Assembly (NCBI RefSeq): GCF_009914755.1
Contig: NC_060928.1
DNA length: 64,000 nt
From: the human T2T-CHM13v2.0 reference genome, Homo sapiens
Reading direction: 5' to 3' (one strand)
The translations under genes and the position numbers were made by a program. How positions within the stretch are numbered: position 1 is the first letter of the stretch; each line of letters starts with the position of its first letter. A model generated the notes under the pieces. That model did no database searches. It saw only the letters and a program-made list of their open reading frames with translations, and was not told where the DNA came from. This document shows, piece after piece, positions 27,142-41,259 of this stretch.

Positions 27142-27276
27142 CCTGGAGAAGGGCCTTCTTTTTACTGGATGTGAAGCTTGAGGAGGGGCCACAGGAGAAG
27201 AGTGAAGATGGAGTTGTTGCAAAAGAATGCAGAGCTTTTGCAAAGTTTATCATGTCAGAATCTGGATCCGGCTGGG
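27142..27276 (+). repeat. Inverted duplication 1, copy A (apparently unique sequence)
   Basis: Reverse complement of 28484-28617 with 5 substitutions and 1 indel (manual alignment). Confidence 0.95.
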
Positions 27277-27499
27277 GTTTCAGTAGAGAAAGCCAAGACA
27301 TTTCCTTTCTGGCTTTTGCCAGACGAACTGGGTTTCTACCACTGAGCCCTAATCATCCCCCACATTCTCAAAAGCAGCAGAGAGGTTGTGGCCCAGCTCA
27401 CCAGACTCCAGGAATGGGGTGTTTGACTCTGCTGAGAGCCACCTTCAAAAGGCCAGCACCTCCACCTGTCTGAGTGTGATAAGACAGGGATGAAAGACT

Positions 27500-27622
27500 A
27501 GACATTGGGTACAATGTGCACTGCTCAGGTGATGGGAACAACAAAATCTCAGAAATTACCACTAAATAACTTATTCATGTAACCAAACCCCACCTATTTC
27601 CCAGCCTATTGAAAAAAAGAAA
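27500..27622 (+). mobile_element. Severely 5'-truncated L1 (L1PB/L1MA-type) 3' end
   Basis: cattgggtacaatgtgcactgctcaggtgatggg...tattgaaaaaaag; flanked by TSD gaaagacta. Confidence 0.8.
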
Positions 27623-28254
27623 GAAAGACTAAGGGCACATCTCATTATGATATCACCCCTTCCCCTCCCCCAAGGACTTCATGTTTCTCCTAGCACTTGC
27701 ATTTTTACTTGTTTAAGGATCTCTCTGATATCTTTCCAGTGATTAAAAACAGAGTAAAAAATGTCCAGCCTCTAAGAACCAAGGTCACCCCTCCTTTTTT
27801 TTCATTTTCAGTAGAATGGTGACCTTTTCTCATTTTTTGAGGGCTTCCTTTATTCTTCCAAAGAACTGAAAAATAATAGTTAATGGCTTTGCAGTAACAT
27901 CTTCCCATTCCCTGAGTACCTTAGAATAAATGCCATCAAGCCTGGTTGATCGGAGTAGGTTCAGCTTTTATATACTCTCAGCCATCCTCTCTATTTGGAG
28001 AGACAGAGATTAAAGAAAAAACAGTAAAAGCTACTGACCTTAGAGATGATATTTTCTGTCTATTTCTTTTGCTTTTTGTTTTGTATTTTTTTCTCCGTGC
28101 TTTTGCTATCATAAAATTAATACATACTTACCACAAATTATTTCAAACAATAAAGAACACAAAATTAAAAACAGAATCCTACCTTCCATTAACCCACCCT
28201 TCTTGGCCCAATTCTCCAGAAATAACCACTGTTAACAAATTACAATGGAATATT

Positions 28255-28336
28255 TCTAGATAATTTTAAAAGCATTTCAAACACACTTTTTGAAATCTAG
28301 ATAATTTTAAAAGCATTTCAAACACACTTTTTGAAA
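28255..28336. repeat. Perfect 41-bp tandem duplication
   Basis: (tctagataattttaaaagcatttcaaacacactttttgaaa)x2. Confidence 0.97.
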
Positions 28337-28483
28337 ATAATAAAACAGTATATATGTATAAAGAAAATATTTCCTCCACCCTTACTCAATTTTTACTACC
28401 TTACGGTCGTCATTGGGACTATTTTTATATTGTTCTGCAATAGTTTGTTTTTACTTAAAAGCTTGTGATAAACACTTTTCACT

Positions 28484-28617
28484 CCCAGCCGGATCCAGAT
28501 TCGGACATGATAACTTTGTATAAACTCTGCATTCTTTTGCAACAACTCCATCTTCACTCTTCTCCTGTGGCCACTCCTCAAGCTTCACATCCAGTAAAAA
28601 GAAGGCCCTTCTCCAGG
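28484..28617 (-). repeat. Inverted duplication 1, copy B (inserted in L1M)
   Basis: Reverse complement of 27142-27276. Confidence 0.95.
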
Positions 28618-28887
28618 GCCTCATTCTTTCCAAAGGCTGCATAATAGTTTTATAGTCAGTTATACCATTATTTATTTATCCATTTTCCAATGATGGTTAC
28701 TTAAATTGTGACTATTTTCTATGATTATAAGCAATACAGCAATAAGTATCCTCATACACATATCTTTACACACTGGCATTAGTATTTCTGAAGGTTCAGT
28801 TTCCAAAAGTGGCATTTCTGGGTCATAGGTTACAAATACACATATTTTTTGATTGATAGTCAAATAATGCTCAAAAAGGCTATATCA

Positions 28888-29325
<438 letters not shown>

Positions 29326-29612
29326 TTAAATCCTTTCTTTTTACTATTATGAAGAGTTTGCTCCTTTTACTATTTATCAGCCAAAAATATTTTTTTCTGT
29401 GAATTGTCTTAACATAGCATTTGACCATATTTTGATCAGTTTGTTTGAATTTTTCTTATTGATTTTGTAGAAATTCTTTATATTGTTATATATACTGTGG
29501 TAACTCATTTAGCTCTAATTGACCAAACAGAAGATTCCCCTCCACGTTTATGTAGTCGGGTTTGTTAGTTTTTCCTTATACAGAGATCTTCTTGATTTCC
29601 GTTCATGATTAG

Positions 29613-29999
<387 letters not shown>

Positions 30000-30532
30000 T
30001 GATGTAAAGTAGGAACTAAATTTTAATTTTCTAACTAGTAGCTAATTACTCCCAAGAAAATGTATTCAATAGCAAGTTCATCCTTTTTCTTCTAAGCTGA
30101 AATACCGCCTTTATCATATTTCCTAAACCTGTCTTTATTCCACTTCTGGATTCCCTGTTCTGTTCCAACAATATTATATTTGTGTATCCAAACCAGCATT
30201 GCAATATATGTTTGCTCTACCTTACACATTATAGGTACCATGCAGTTGAAAGCACAAGCTCTGGAATCAGACTGCCTGGGTAAAAATCCCAGTCATAACA
30301 CTTATTAGCTGTGTGATTTTGGGCAAGTCATGAAATCTTTCTTGAGCTTGTTTCTCTCATCTGGAAAATGACAACAGTAATGGTATCAGTCTCATAATGC
30401 TGTTGTGATGGTTCAATGAAATAAGACATGCTGAGCATTTGATAGACGGCTTGGCTCATTCTAACTGGTGCTGTCCTAGGTAACTTCAAGTCTGAGCACT
30501 TACCATACATCACACACTCTGCTTGTGGGTAC

Positions 30533-30827
<295 letters not shown>

Positions 30828-31648
30828 CAAGTTTGTTTTTTAATCTCCATTTCAAAAAGATAATAAATAAGATTCAGAAATATTAGCTAACTTGCCTGAT
30901 GTGTGATGGGGTGGAACCATGCTTCTAAGCTCTATTTGACTCATTACAAGGCATGTGCTCTTTTCATTATATTATTCTCTTCTTAAATAACGAGCACTAG
31001 GCAATAGTGGTAATTTGTGACTCAATTTCCTACATTTTCTAACCATCGTATTCTTACTACCCAGAAACCATTGCTTTTGATGTTCTCTTAACTCCATGAT
31101 GAGGAAGGATACCTGTTTCAAAGTTGGTTCTCAAAAGGGACTTCCCATGCTCTAAGAATTTGGGAAAAACAAATCCTAAAACATAGTAATATATTTTCTA
31201 TTGTGGTGATTTTCACAGCTGTGTCATCCGAAAATAATATACCATGTAGGCTGTTGGTCAAAACTTGAAATTATTTTAATTCTACTGAATTTTAAAAATT
31301 AAATTCCTGCTAACAGGTTTGTTCAGTGTGACCTTGGTTTGCCCTCTGCTCTGAGTTCCCAGCTCCCCCTACGTCTGCCACCCTCTGCTCTCTTTGGCGA
31401 TTTGTTGGGCATCCTCCTCACTCAGTTCCAACTTTTCTGGGGTGTTTCCTTCCCAGATCGGGATTCTTTGTGTTGAAAACTCACTAGGTAGGTGTTCAGC
31501 AGCCTAATTTCCTCTTCCTAAACACATGTGAAGATTATACACCTTAGCTTGCTTGTGGACAGACCATGGCCTTGTGATGAGTTTTAGCCAGTGGAATGTA
31601 GTCAGAAGTAATATCTGCCAATTCCAGGACTGACAATAAAGTATACCA

Positions 31649-32069
31649 TGTGTGACAATTAATTTTATGTGTCAACTTGCCTGTGCCATGGCACCCAGAA
31701 AGGTGGCCAAATATTATTATGGATGTTTCCATGAGGGTGCTTTTGGATGAGATTAACCTTAAAATCAAGGGACCGATTTTAAGTAAAGCAGATAGATTAC
31801 CTTCTATAATGTGGGTGGGCCTCATCCATCAAAGGCCTGGTTGAAACAAAAGACTGGCTTCCCACAAGCAAGAATTGTGCGAGCAAATAGTCTTCGGACT
31901 TGTATTGCAGCGTTGGCTCTTCCTTGGACTCCAGCCTGCTGGCCCATCCTGCAGATTTTGGACTTGCCAGCCTCTGTAATCACATGACTCAACTCCTTAA
32001 AATACATCTCTTGCTCTTTCTCTACACACACATCCTATTTGTTCTGTTTCTCCGGAGAACCCTAATGCA
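31649..32069 (+). mobile_element. MLT2 (C/D-like) LTR nested in an older LTR fragment
   Basis: tgtgacaattaattttatgtgtcaacttg...gttctgtttctccggagaaccctaa. Confidence 0.75.
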
Positions 32070-32957
32070 TGTTGCCATTCTCCATGCTGTTTTGTTCTCC
32101 ATCTACATGGCAAAGATCTCCAAAGGTGATGGAATCATATGATGGGAGGAGCTTGGAGCCTGAGTCACCGCTGAAAGCACACTGCCATATAATGTCATCT
32201 GACCAGTGTCGGAGTTTGTGTGTGTTAGAGATAAACTTGTTGTTGTTGTTAAGTCACTGAGATGTGACTTACTAGAGTTACTTGTCTTAACTATATCATT
32301 ATTGTCTGGAAAATCCAGTGATGGAGTAACAGAGACAAGAGAGGCTAGCTCTGCAGATGTGCCAGGGTTTAGTTCCAAGTGGGGAACCATAGTAAAAATC
32401 AAGGAGGTAATGCGGAAGGGACTTGAGAATGGAGCAAACACAGAGAGGGTTTCTGGACCAGAGCTGGCCTGGTGAGTCAGAGCTTTCCCAGGCACAACAG
32501 ATACCTGTGCCTCGTATCCAGACTCCAGCTGCTGGTGGGTGTGAACTGACTGTCTGGTCAGCATCAACTCAGAGGCTGCATGGGAGTGAGAGACTTGGCT
32601 TCTATGGAGCCAAAGAGGCTGGGACCTGATCCAGTTGATTCAAGAATAATTCTCATGGAAGTGGGAGGACAGTTGCAGGTAGCTAGCGCAGCAAACTCTC
32701 TCCTCTGCTCGAACTCTCTTGCTTGTTTGGTTACATTCATACTTCTCCAAGTATCCCTGCCCCTCTCTTGGTCTTGCAGACCTCCCCACATCTCCCTCTT
32801 GCCTTATTCCTCTGTGATAAGCTGGATTTCTTGCTCACCTGATTTAACTCTCTGGTCTGACCCATAGCTTGTTTTGTCTTGCAGGCATCCAGATGAGAAT
32901 AGAGGGATAAGGCACTGACTTCAGCCAGGCTCTAGTCTTAGATTTGTTCTTGCTCAT

Positions 32958-33411
32958 TGTAATAGATTGAATAGTGTCCCTCCAAAATTTATGTCCATTC
33001 AGAACCTCAGACTGTGACTTTATTTAGAAATAGAGTCTTTACAGATGTAATTCAGAATCTTGAGACAAGATCATGCTGGATTTAGGGTGCACCCTACATC
33101 CAATGACTGATGTTCTCATGAGTACTGGAGAAGACACAGAGACACAGAGAGGAAGGTGATGTGAAGGTGCAGCAGAGACTGGAGTGATACACCTGGAAGT
33201 CAGAGAATGACAAGAATTGCCGGCTACCACTAGAAGCTAAGGAGAGAGGCATGGAATACATTCTCCCTCGGAACCTTCAGAGGAAACCAATCCTGCCAAC
33301 ACCTTGATTTCAGATTCTTAGCCTCCAGAACTGCGATAGAACACATTTCTATTGTTTCAAGCCACCCAGATGTGGTCATTTGTTACGGCAGCATCTAGGA
33401 CACTAACGTAC
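32958..33411 (+). mobile_element. MLT1C-like MaLR solo LTR
   Basis: tgtaatagattgaatagtgtccctccaaaa...tttgttacggcagcatctaggacactaa. Confidence 0.8.
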
Positions 33412-34781
33412 CCCTCAAGACCTTGATGTGGCTCTTGTTTCATATACGGAGCCTGCTGCCTGAGGCTTCACAGCCAGTGAGTGGTAGAACTGGGATTTGA
33501 ACCTGGTTCTTATGATGCACAAATTAAGACCCTTTTTCCTACCTCTTGAGCTTGAGGCTTGCTAGAGCGAGTTTACATGGTTAAAGAACACCTGGTTAAA
33601 GAAGAGACTGGGGCAGCCAGGAGCAAGGAACCTCTTGCTGGAAGTCAACTCGGACCATTATCCCCTTCATCATAGGGTTACTGGTTAAATATACTTGTTC
33701 CTTAATTTCCACCCTTCCTATAAGGAAGAGAGAGAGAGCTGTCTACACCACCGGTTCTATACAATGAAATAGAAAAACTCTATTCATCACCTAAATTTTT
33801 ATTTGCTAGCCTCAAATTGCTAAATAATAGAATTCTCTGACTATAATCAAGATGTTTTCTTGGCACAGGTATGGAGAGGATTAGACATCTCCACAGTTGG
33901 CTTTGTTTAAAGAAAAAAATTAGAGTGATGACTCAGAATGTAAAAATCACATTACTTTAAACGATATGAATAGCAGTCAAGGCAAGAACACAATTATCTG
34001 TGGTTGGAATCAGAAAGCAGAGATTCACTGTCGCAGCTCAGAACAAGGTTTGTAGTCGTCTGCCCTCCTTCCTTTTCCAGACAATTTAACTGACTGTTGA
34101 TCAATCAAACACAACCAAGAGCACAGAAACTGACCCCTGTGTATTTAAGAGAATAAGATGGCATTTCAAGTTAGTTGTGGGAAAAATACATTATTATTAT
34201 TATTATTTTTCAATGAGCCATGTAGGGGCAATTGATTAGCTATTTGGAAAAACATAAGTTCTTATCTCATGCGTGCCTGAATCAGTCAGTGTTCTTAGTT
34301 GCGGACAACAGAAACCTCCCTAGCTAGTGTAACTGGAAAAGGAAATGATTAAATTATTAAAGGACAGGGTAGCCCTGAAACTCTCTGAGAAGGACAGGAA
34401 TTGGGTCCAAGGATTATGCAGGAAGGGACAAAGCCCAAATTATAGAACAGGCCAGCGGTAGTGGAAACACTAAAGCTTCCCTTCTAGATACCAGCCTCCA
34501 CTCACTCTTGTAGCCAGGCAAAGGGTGGTGCCACAGAACTACTGCTATGATTGTGTCTGAAATCTGGAGGCCTGTGCCACCACTCTCCACAGAATGGATT
34601 TCTGGAGGTCCTTGCTTCTGTTCATCACTGGTTTCTAAAATAAAATTTCACATGGAATTATCTGATTGGTGGAACCTTGGTCACAGGCCTGTGCCCTCTA
34701 TGCAAAGGCAGCTGCAACATCCAGTTTCTGGCCTCTACTGTGGAGTTAAGTACAAACCGATAAGGTGAGGACATCCCCTTT

Positions 34782-34782
<1 letters not shown>

Positions 34783-34820
<38 letters not shown>
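34783..34820. repeat. (AC)19 microsatellite
   Basis: Perfect dinucleotide run. Confidence 0.95.
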
Positions 34821-34822
<2 letters not shown>

Positions 34823-37661
34823 AGGATGTATCAAAGTTGTTAGCCCACCAAAAACGTAATGCATGTTAATTACAATACTTTAAAATATATTCTAGCCATT
34901 GAAGAGTTAAAGAATTAGCTGTACAAAAGGGAACCCTAAATGGACTGGAAGAAGATGTGGGTGAATATTGAATCAATCCTGGGATGAGGAAGGACTTTCT
35001 GAGCATAAAAGCAATAGAAGAAATCACAAAGGAACCGATCCATAGATATGACTACTTGAAAGGTCAATCCTCCTTCCATCAAGCAAACCATGCACAGTGT
35101 GACTGATCACCCTCTGGTGTCGTTTGCCCCTTTTAAAATCTGCAGATACAAGGCCAAAGTCAATGGCATAAAATCCACTTGGAAGGTCATCAGGGATCAT
35201 AAATTTGAGTCCAAAATGAAGGGATTTCAGTCCTCTCAAAATTGCCTAAAACTCAGCTCTGATCTACTCCAAAAGATTATTTATATTGCAAAGGAAGAAG
35301 CTTTTGTTTTCCCCAGTCTCTCAAGAATTGCTCTTACATATTTGGAAAGTTTAATTATTTTTATTGTCTAAATTACTTTCTGTCTTTTAGAGGAACTTAA
35401 GTTAATCCATGTCTAGACTTATGAGATTCTTTTAATTAGAAAGAGGAATGATTTAGGTCACAAAGTAGATTCCCAGCTCCCCCCAGCTCCCTCAGCTCTG
35501 TTTACAAGGTTATTGCTGAATGTTTTATTGCTAAAGTGGGTGCAGATGCAGGGCAGTTAAAAAGAATCCTCTTTATTCCTTTTCATTACAGCTACTGGAG
35601 AATGTTCGGATTTGCTTCTTGTGGCTAGCTAGGGTCTGACAATTGCTCTTCACTGGCAACACAAAATATATTGCTTTTGATTCCCTGTCAGATTTAAATG
35701 TATCCTTCAGCTAATAATAAGCTGAATCTGCAAAGAAAATGAAGAAAAGAAGAAGAGGAAATCAGGGTCTTGGTACAGAGATGAGCTGATGAGTGTGATG
35801 CTGGGGGCACCGAGCCAGCGGGCGGTGCAGACTTGGGTGCATCCCTGCTCTGGCTCACTCCAGGGTGAGCGAAGAGATGAGAAATAGGCCATGGATGGGG
35901 AGCAGATAAAGAAGCGCTGTCTGAAAAACATGATCTTCATTGTTTTGGGGTTTGTGATTTAAAATTTATCCAAAGAGGGCACTTGTATGCAGATATGAAA
36001 ATTAAGGTCTATTTTTAATCTGAACTTTCCATTCTTTGCCTTCCCATCACTGTAAACCTTTCAATGTTCATGTTTCAACCCACAAAACAGTAAAAGTCAG
36101 AAAATCTCATTATTGCATTTATATGCTAAGTACTTTGATGGGTAACAGAAAAATAATTTTGTTATTTATAACCCTTTTCTTTTCTTTAGAGATGGGATCT
36201 TGCTTTTGCCTAGGCTGGTCTCAAACTCCTGGGTTCAAGCAATCCTCCTGCCTCAGCCTTCTGGGTAGCTAGGATTACAGGCATGAGCCCCTTTTTCAAG
36301 ATGATGGGTGTGGTGGATTGAAGATCGTACAAATACTTTGCCCCTCTTCCTCTTAAATTTAAGCTGGTCTTTGCTTTGACCAATACAAAGTGGTGGAAAT
36401 TTTTTTACTGTAGAACTTTCAAACCTGGGCCTTAAGAGAGTAGCAAGTTCTGTTTTCAAGTGCTTGGAATGCTCCTTCATGGAACCCAGTTGCCATGCTA
36501 TGAAAAGCCCAATCAATTGGAGAGACCACATGGAGAACTAAGTTGCTCCAGTTCAGCTTTCAGCAGAGAACCAACTCCAACTGCCAGCCATGCGAGTCAG
36601 CCATCTCAGACATTCCAGCTTCCCAATGACTGTAACACCAGCTTACCCCATGTGCAACCAAGGAACCACCAGGCTGAGCCCCAGCCCACCCAAAGGACTG
36701 TGAGAAAGACAATAAAGGCTTCTTGTTATGTGGAGCCCCTACATTTTGTGTGTGTGTGTGTGTTTTTTTAATGCAGCAATAGTAACCAAGATAATGGGCC
36801 CTGATAAAATAACTAGAGAACCCTTTGTTTGCTAAGTAGTGTGTCAAATATGCATATATGAGTGTAGAATTCAGAGCAGGCTTAGCGCCAAAGCAATATG
36901 GTTTGATGGAGTTGCTTGGGGTGAAAGATCTTGGAGGGAGAAGGAGGAGTCTGAAAGCTGAAAGTGTGTAGAGTTGGGGGAAAGTTAAGGGAGAGAAAGA
37001 AAAAGAAATAGATTTTAAGTTTAAACTGCCCACGCACTCCATCCCCTTCTGTAGCAGGTTAGCAGAGAAGGGGAGTTAGGGAAAGAAACACTAAGTCGTT
37101 GCTGTGGTGGGGGATAGGTAAAGTTCCTCCTCATCTCTTCTACACAATCCTCAGTATAGTCTATATTACTTACAAATGCTTCTGTGCAAGTGTATTCTTC
37201 GGGGAAAACTAAAAGGTGATGACTAAGAAGTGACTAAAACATGGGTGAGTGGAGGGCAAGTGGACACAATGGCTGCACATGGTTACCTGGGGGCCAAAGG
37301 ACAAGAAGGCAAAGCACAGGGCACAGCCATCGATGTCGTGTTTCATCCTGCCAGCAACCCTCCAAGACAGGCATTGCTATGCTCATTTGGCAGATGAACA
37401 AACTGAGGCTTAGACATGTGAAGTGCTGTTTCCAAAGTAAGGCAGCTTAGAGGTGGCAGCACTGAGATTCACACCCAGGTCCCTCTAATGCCTGTGCTTG
37501 AATTCTTTCCACCTTGCCTTGTTCCCTGTGCCTCTTCTCATCCTTTACTTTTCAGGTAATCAATCTTCAAGACTTAAACAAGAGTTTCATATACCTTATA
37601 TACCTGGGTTTCTCAAACTCTTCATTCTCTATAAATGCAATGCCCAGATAATATTTAGATG

Positions 37662-37995
<334 letters not shown>

Positions 37996-38838
37996 TATTT
38001 AGATGCTGTTTGAGAGCCTGCTTACCTAATGTTTATGTACCTGGACTCTGAAGCCAGACTACCTCGGTGCAAAGCTCTGCCCCACCACGTGCTAGCTTTG
38101 TGAGACTGGGCAATTTCCTTGTTCCTTAAACCTTCCATGCCTCTGTTTACTTCATCTGTTAAATGGGAATAAGGCTTTTGATCTCTTTTGTTTGTTAATA
38201 GGTTTCAATGAGTCAATGCCTACAGTTCTTAGGGCAGTACCCAGCACACAGTAAATGCTACACAAGTATTCACTCTTGTGATTATGTTCCCTGCATCGTT
38301 TCATTCCCTGACTGAAGACGGGAAACTATTTTTTAAGAGTTATCTCATTATCCCACAGTATGGTGCTGATATTCTTGGTTTGGATTGGAAATGAGAGACA
38401 GGGTCCCTTCTCCCTACAATGGTCAAGTTGCCTCCAACAAGTGGAGAGAGAATTCTGTCCCAGGACAGCAACTGTGCACCAGTGCAGAAATCTACTTAAA
38501 ACTTCCTTTCTCCCATTCGGATGAAAAGAAATACATTCCTCCCTAATTTAAGGAGACACATACCCCTCAGAAGAACAAATAAACAGGCTTGCTAAACAAG
38601 AACTCTCAACTAGAGATTTGTGGCTGACACTAGTTTTCCTTCATTAAAGAAAAAGAGGCAGTGACTTTGGCTGGCATACCTTGCTCACCTGTTTCTGTGA
38701 GAAGAAACCAGTATTAGATTATCATGCCAAAGGTATCAGATGCAATTTGAGGATTTGTCTCAAGTTCCCCCATAAGAGGAAATATATAAATAAAAAATTC
38801 CAGAAAACAATTCATCAAAATATTGGATCAACAATCCA

Positions 38839-38983
38839 TAATGGATCGATAATATATATTACCTAAGTCATCTTTAAACACAAACACACATAAAACAAGG
38901 TTATATATTGATCAATTGATTAAATTGTTGTGACCAGAGGCCTGCAGGAAACTAACCTTGTAGTTCTCCTAAAAATAGCAGTT
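38839..38983 (+). repeat. Inverted duplication 2: copy of a neighbouring MER82 segment, inserted into an L1M 3' end
   Basis: Reverse complement of 39822-39966 with 9 substitutions in 145 bp (manual count). Confidence 0.92.
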
Positions 38984-39750
38984 GTCATCTCTGAGTGATG
39001 GGTTGACAGGCAAGCTTAACTTTTTTCTTTACTCTTTTCTATATTTTTAAAATAAAAGACATGAACATGTGTTGTTCTTACTGTCAATAGAAATAAGATA
39101 GCCATTTAAAGAAAAGTAATGTAATTGACTCAATATTAACTTGGAATTCATGGACTCTTCTAGAAATCTCAACTCCGGTAATAATCTTTGCTATACCAAT
39201 AGCTCAACCAAAGAGAGACAGTCCGTTCACTTATTGGAAGGACAAAATAGCCATTTTGATGTTTCTTCCTATTTTCTTGAGGAAAATAACACCAATTTTG
39301 TTGGTCTTTTCTCCTAGAGGCGTTTCTTTCAACCCTTTCATCATGTTAACATTTCCCATTGGCAGCCCCACAATTTACGAAAAAAAAATATACTTCTCAC
39401 TGACTTCCATCAAAGCAGGTTAACTACACCTTGCAATAGACATTTTGACAGTCTGAAATAAAAGCTTGCTGGATCACTTGTATCTGAGAAAGGACAGCAT
39501 AAGGCATAATGACCAAATAGGGCCCTGGAAGCCTGTGGCGATGCCTCCATCTTTATCCACACCTTCAGGTGTGGCTGCAACTCTTACCCAGAGGCAGTTT
39601 TAACTTTTATATCACAAGACCTGGGGCCTGGAAGCCAATGTCCCTAATCAAATTGTCCTGCCTTAATAACAACAACAATAATAATTGTTCTGATTGCTAT
39701 ATCATTAGTAATACCAAATAACTATTGTTATATTATTATTACTATTATTT

Positions 39751-41136
39751 CAGTTGATTCTCATTATTCACCATAGTTGTGTTCTGTCAACTTCCCACGA
39801 ACACTGAATTAGCAAATCCTGAACTGCTATTTTTAGGAGAACTACAAGATTAGTTTCCTGCAGGCCTCTGGTCACAACAGTTTCATCAGTTGATCAATAT
39901 ATAACCTTGTTTTATGTGTATTTGTGTTTAAAGATGCCTTATGTAATATATATTGTTGATCCATTAACATTCAACTCACAGTCAACAGCAGTAGAACTCA
40001 CGCCTGAATGAAACTTAGCTAACACATGTTTTTTCTCTGCAATGCATATCACAGCCTTCTTGTGCCGAGGAAGATTTCAGCACTATGCATGGGGGACACG
40101 GTAAACAGCAAAATTAGCAACAAAAAACACGCACAAAAATGTGGAATAATGCGGTGTTAAACAGATCATGAAAAGGACTATTGTCTACAGTATTGAGACG
40201 GGAGAGTTCCCTTGACTCTGTTGCAGGACTTGCAATAGATGTGTAGCTTGTTTATCTGGCCCCTTGTGGGAAGGGGAGCAGACAGTTGAGTGGGTGCAGG
40301 AACCAGGGTGAGCACTTTCGGGCTCTGCCCCACAGCAGCATTTAGGGGTGTGTTACAATTAATGCTCTTTTAGCTTTGCTGTCCGTAGACAGCTTAAGTG
40401 TTAAACAGCTCAGTGAAGAGTCAGTGTGACAGCCTTTTTGTATTCCTGCACCCAGCGCATCCCAAATTCTTGTCCTGCATCCAGGAAGAATCAGGTCACA
40501 TGAGTGGTTTCAAAGATTATGAATGTGGAGGATTTTATTAAGCAGTAGAAGTGGCTCTCAGCAGAAGGGGAGCAGGAAAGGGGATGGTGCAGGAAGAAGG
40601 TGATCTTTCCCTAAGCCAGGCTGTCTGCAGTCGGGCTCCTCTCCAAAGCCGGGCCGTCTGAAATTAAGCAGCATCTATCCATAGTCTCTGATGCTCAGCT
40701 GCTGCTTCTCCTCTCAATGTTCAGCTGCTTGTCTCTCTGCCAGCTGAGGTCTGGGGTTTATATGGGTACAGGATTGGGGAGTGTAGCAGGCCAAAAAAGT
40801 AACACTTGGGCAGGAAAAAAGGGATAACTGTTCTTATTTAGAGCTGTGGTTCCAGGCTTGAGGGTGGGGCCTTTGCCGGGAAACCACTCTCTTTTACCCA
40901 GTATTTCCCTGCCTCCTGTTCATATCAGTATGAGAGCTGAAACTAGAAGGCAGAGCGTTGCTTTGTTCCACCTCAGCTGTGAACATGCACATGGAGTGAC
41001 ACCAATATTTTGCCACTCTGTGCATGTCCACGGATGACTTCAAAAGCACCGTGAATACTATTTTGGGGTTACAAATAAATTTTAGGGAGTAAGTAAATTC
41101 ATAAATAAGAAATCTGCAAATAATAAAGATCCACTG
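39751..41136 (-). mobile_element. MER82 (TcMar-Tigger) DNA transposon, split by an LTR
   Basis: Ends cagttgattctcattattc... and ...aataaagatccactg; the internal sequence rejoins across the LTR (tacagtat|gagagctgaaac). Confidence 0.85.
40194..40927 (-). mobile_element. ERV1 solo LTR (LTR1-like)
   Basis: TG...CA ends; perfect 4-bp TSD gtat; minus strand begins tgatatgaacaggaggcagggaaatactgggta. Confidence 0.85.
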
Positions 41137-41259
41137 CATATGATTTGTGCTAAAATTTATTTCACACTTTCTATAGGGTAAGCACTATGTCAAGTATTTT
41201 GTGCACATTTTCTCCTTAAACCTTTACAATAACCCCATTAGGGAAGTGCTATTGTCATT

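Noticed and set aside
27096-28642. Two ORFs sharing the peptide WRRAFFLLDVKLEE...VVAKECR, suggesting paralogous small genes
   Set aside because: Explained by the DNA-level inverted duplication; similarity stops at the duplication and frameshifts, with no gene structure.
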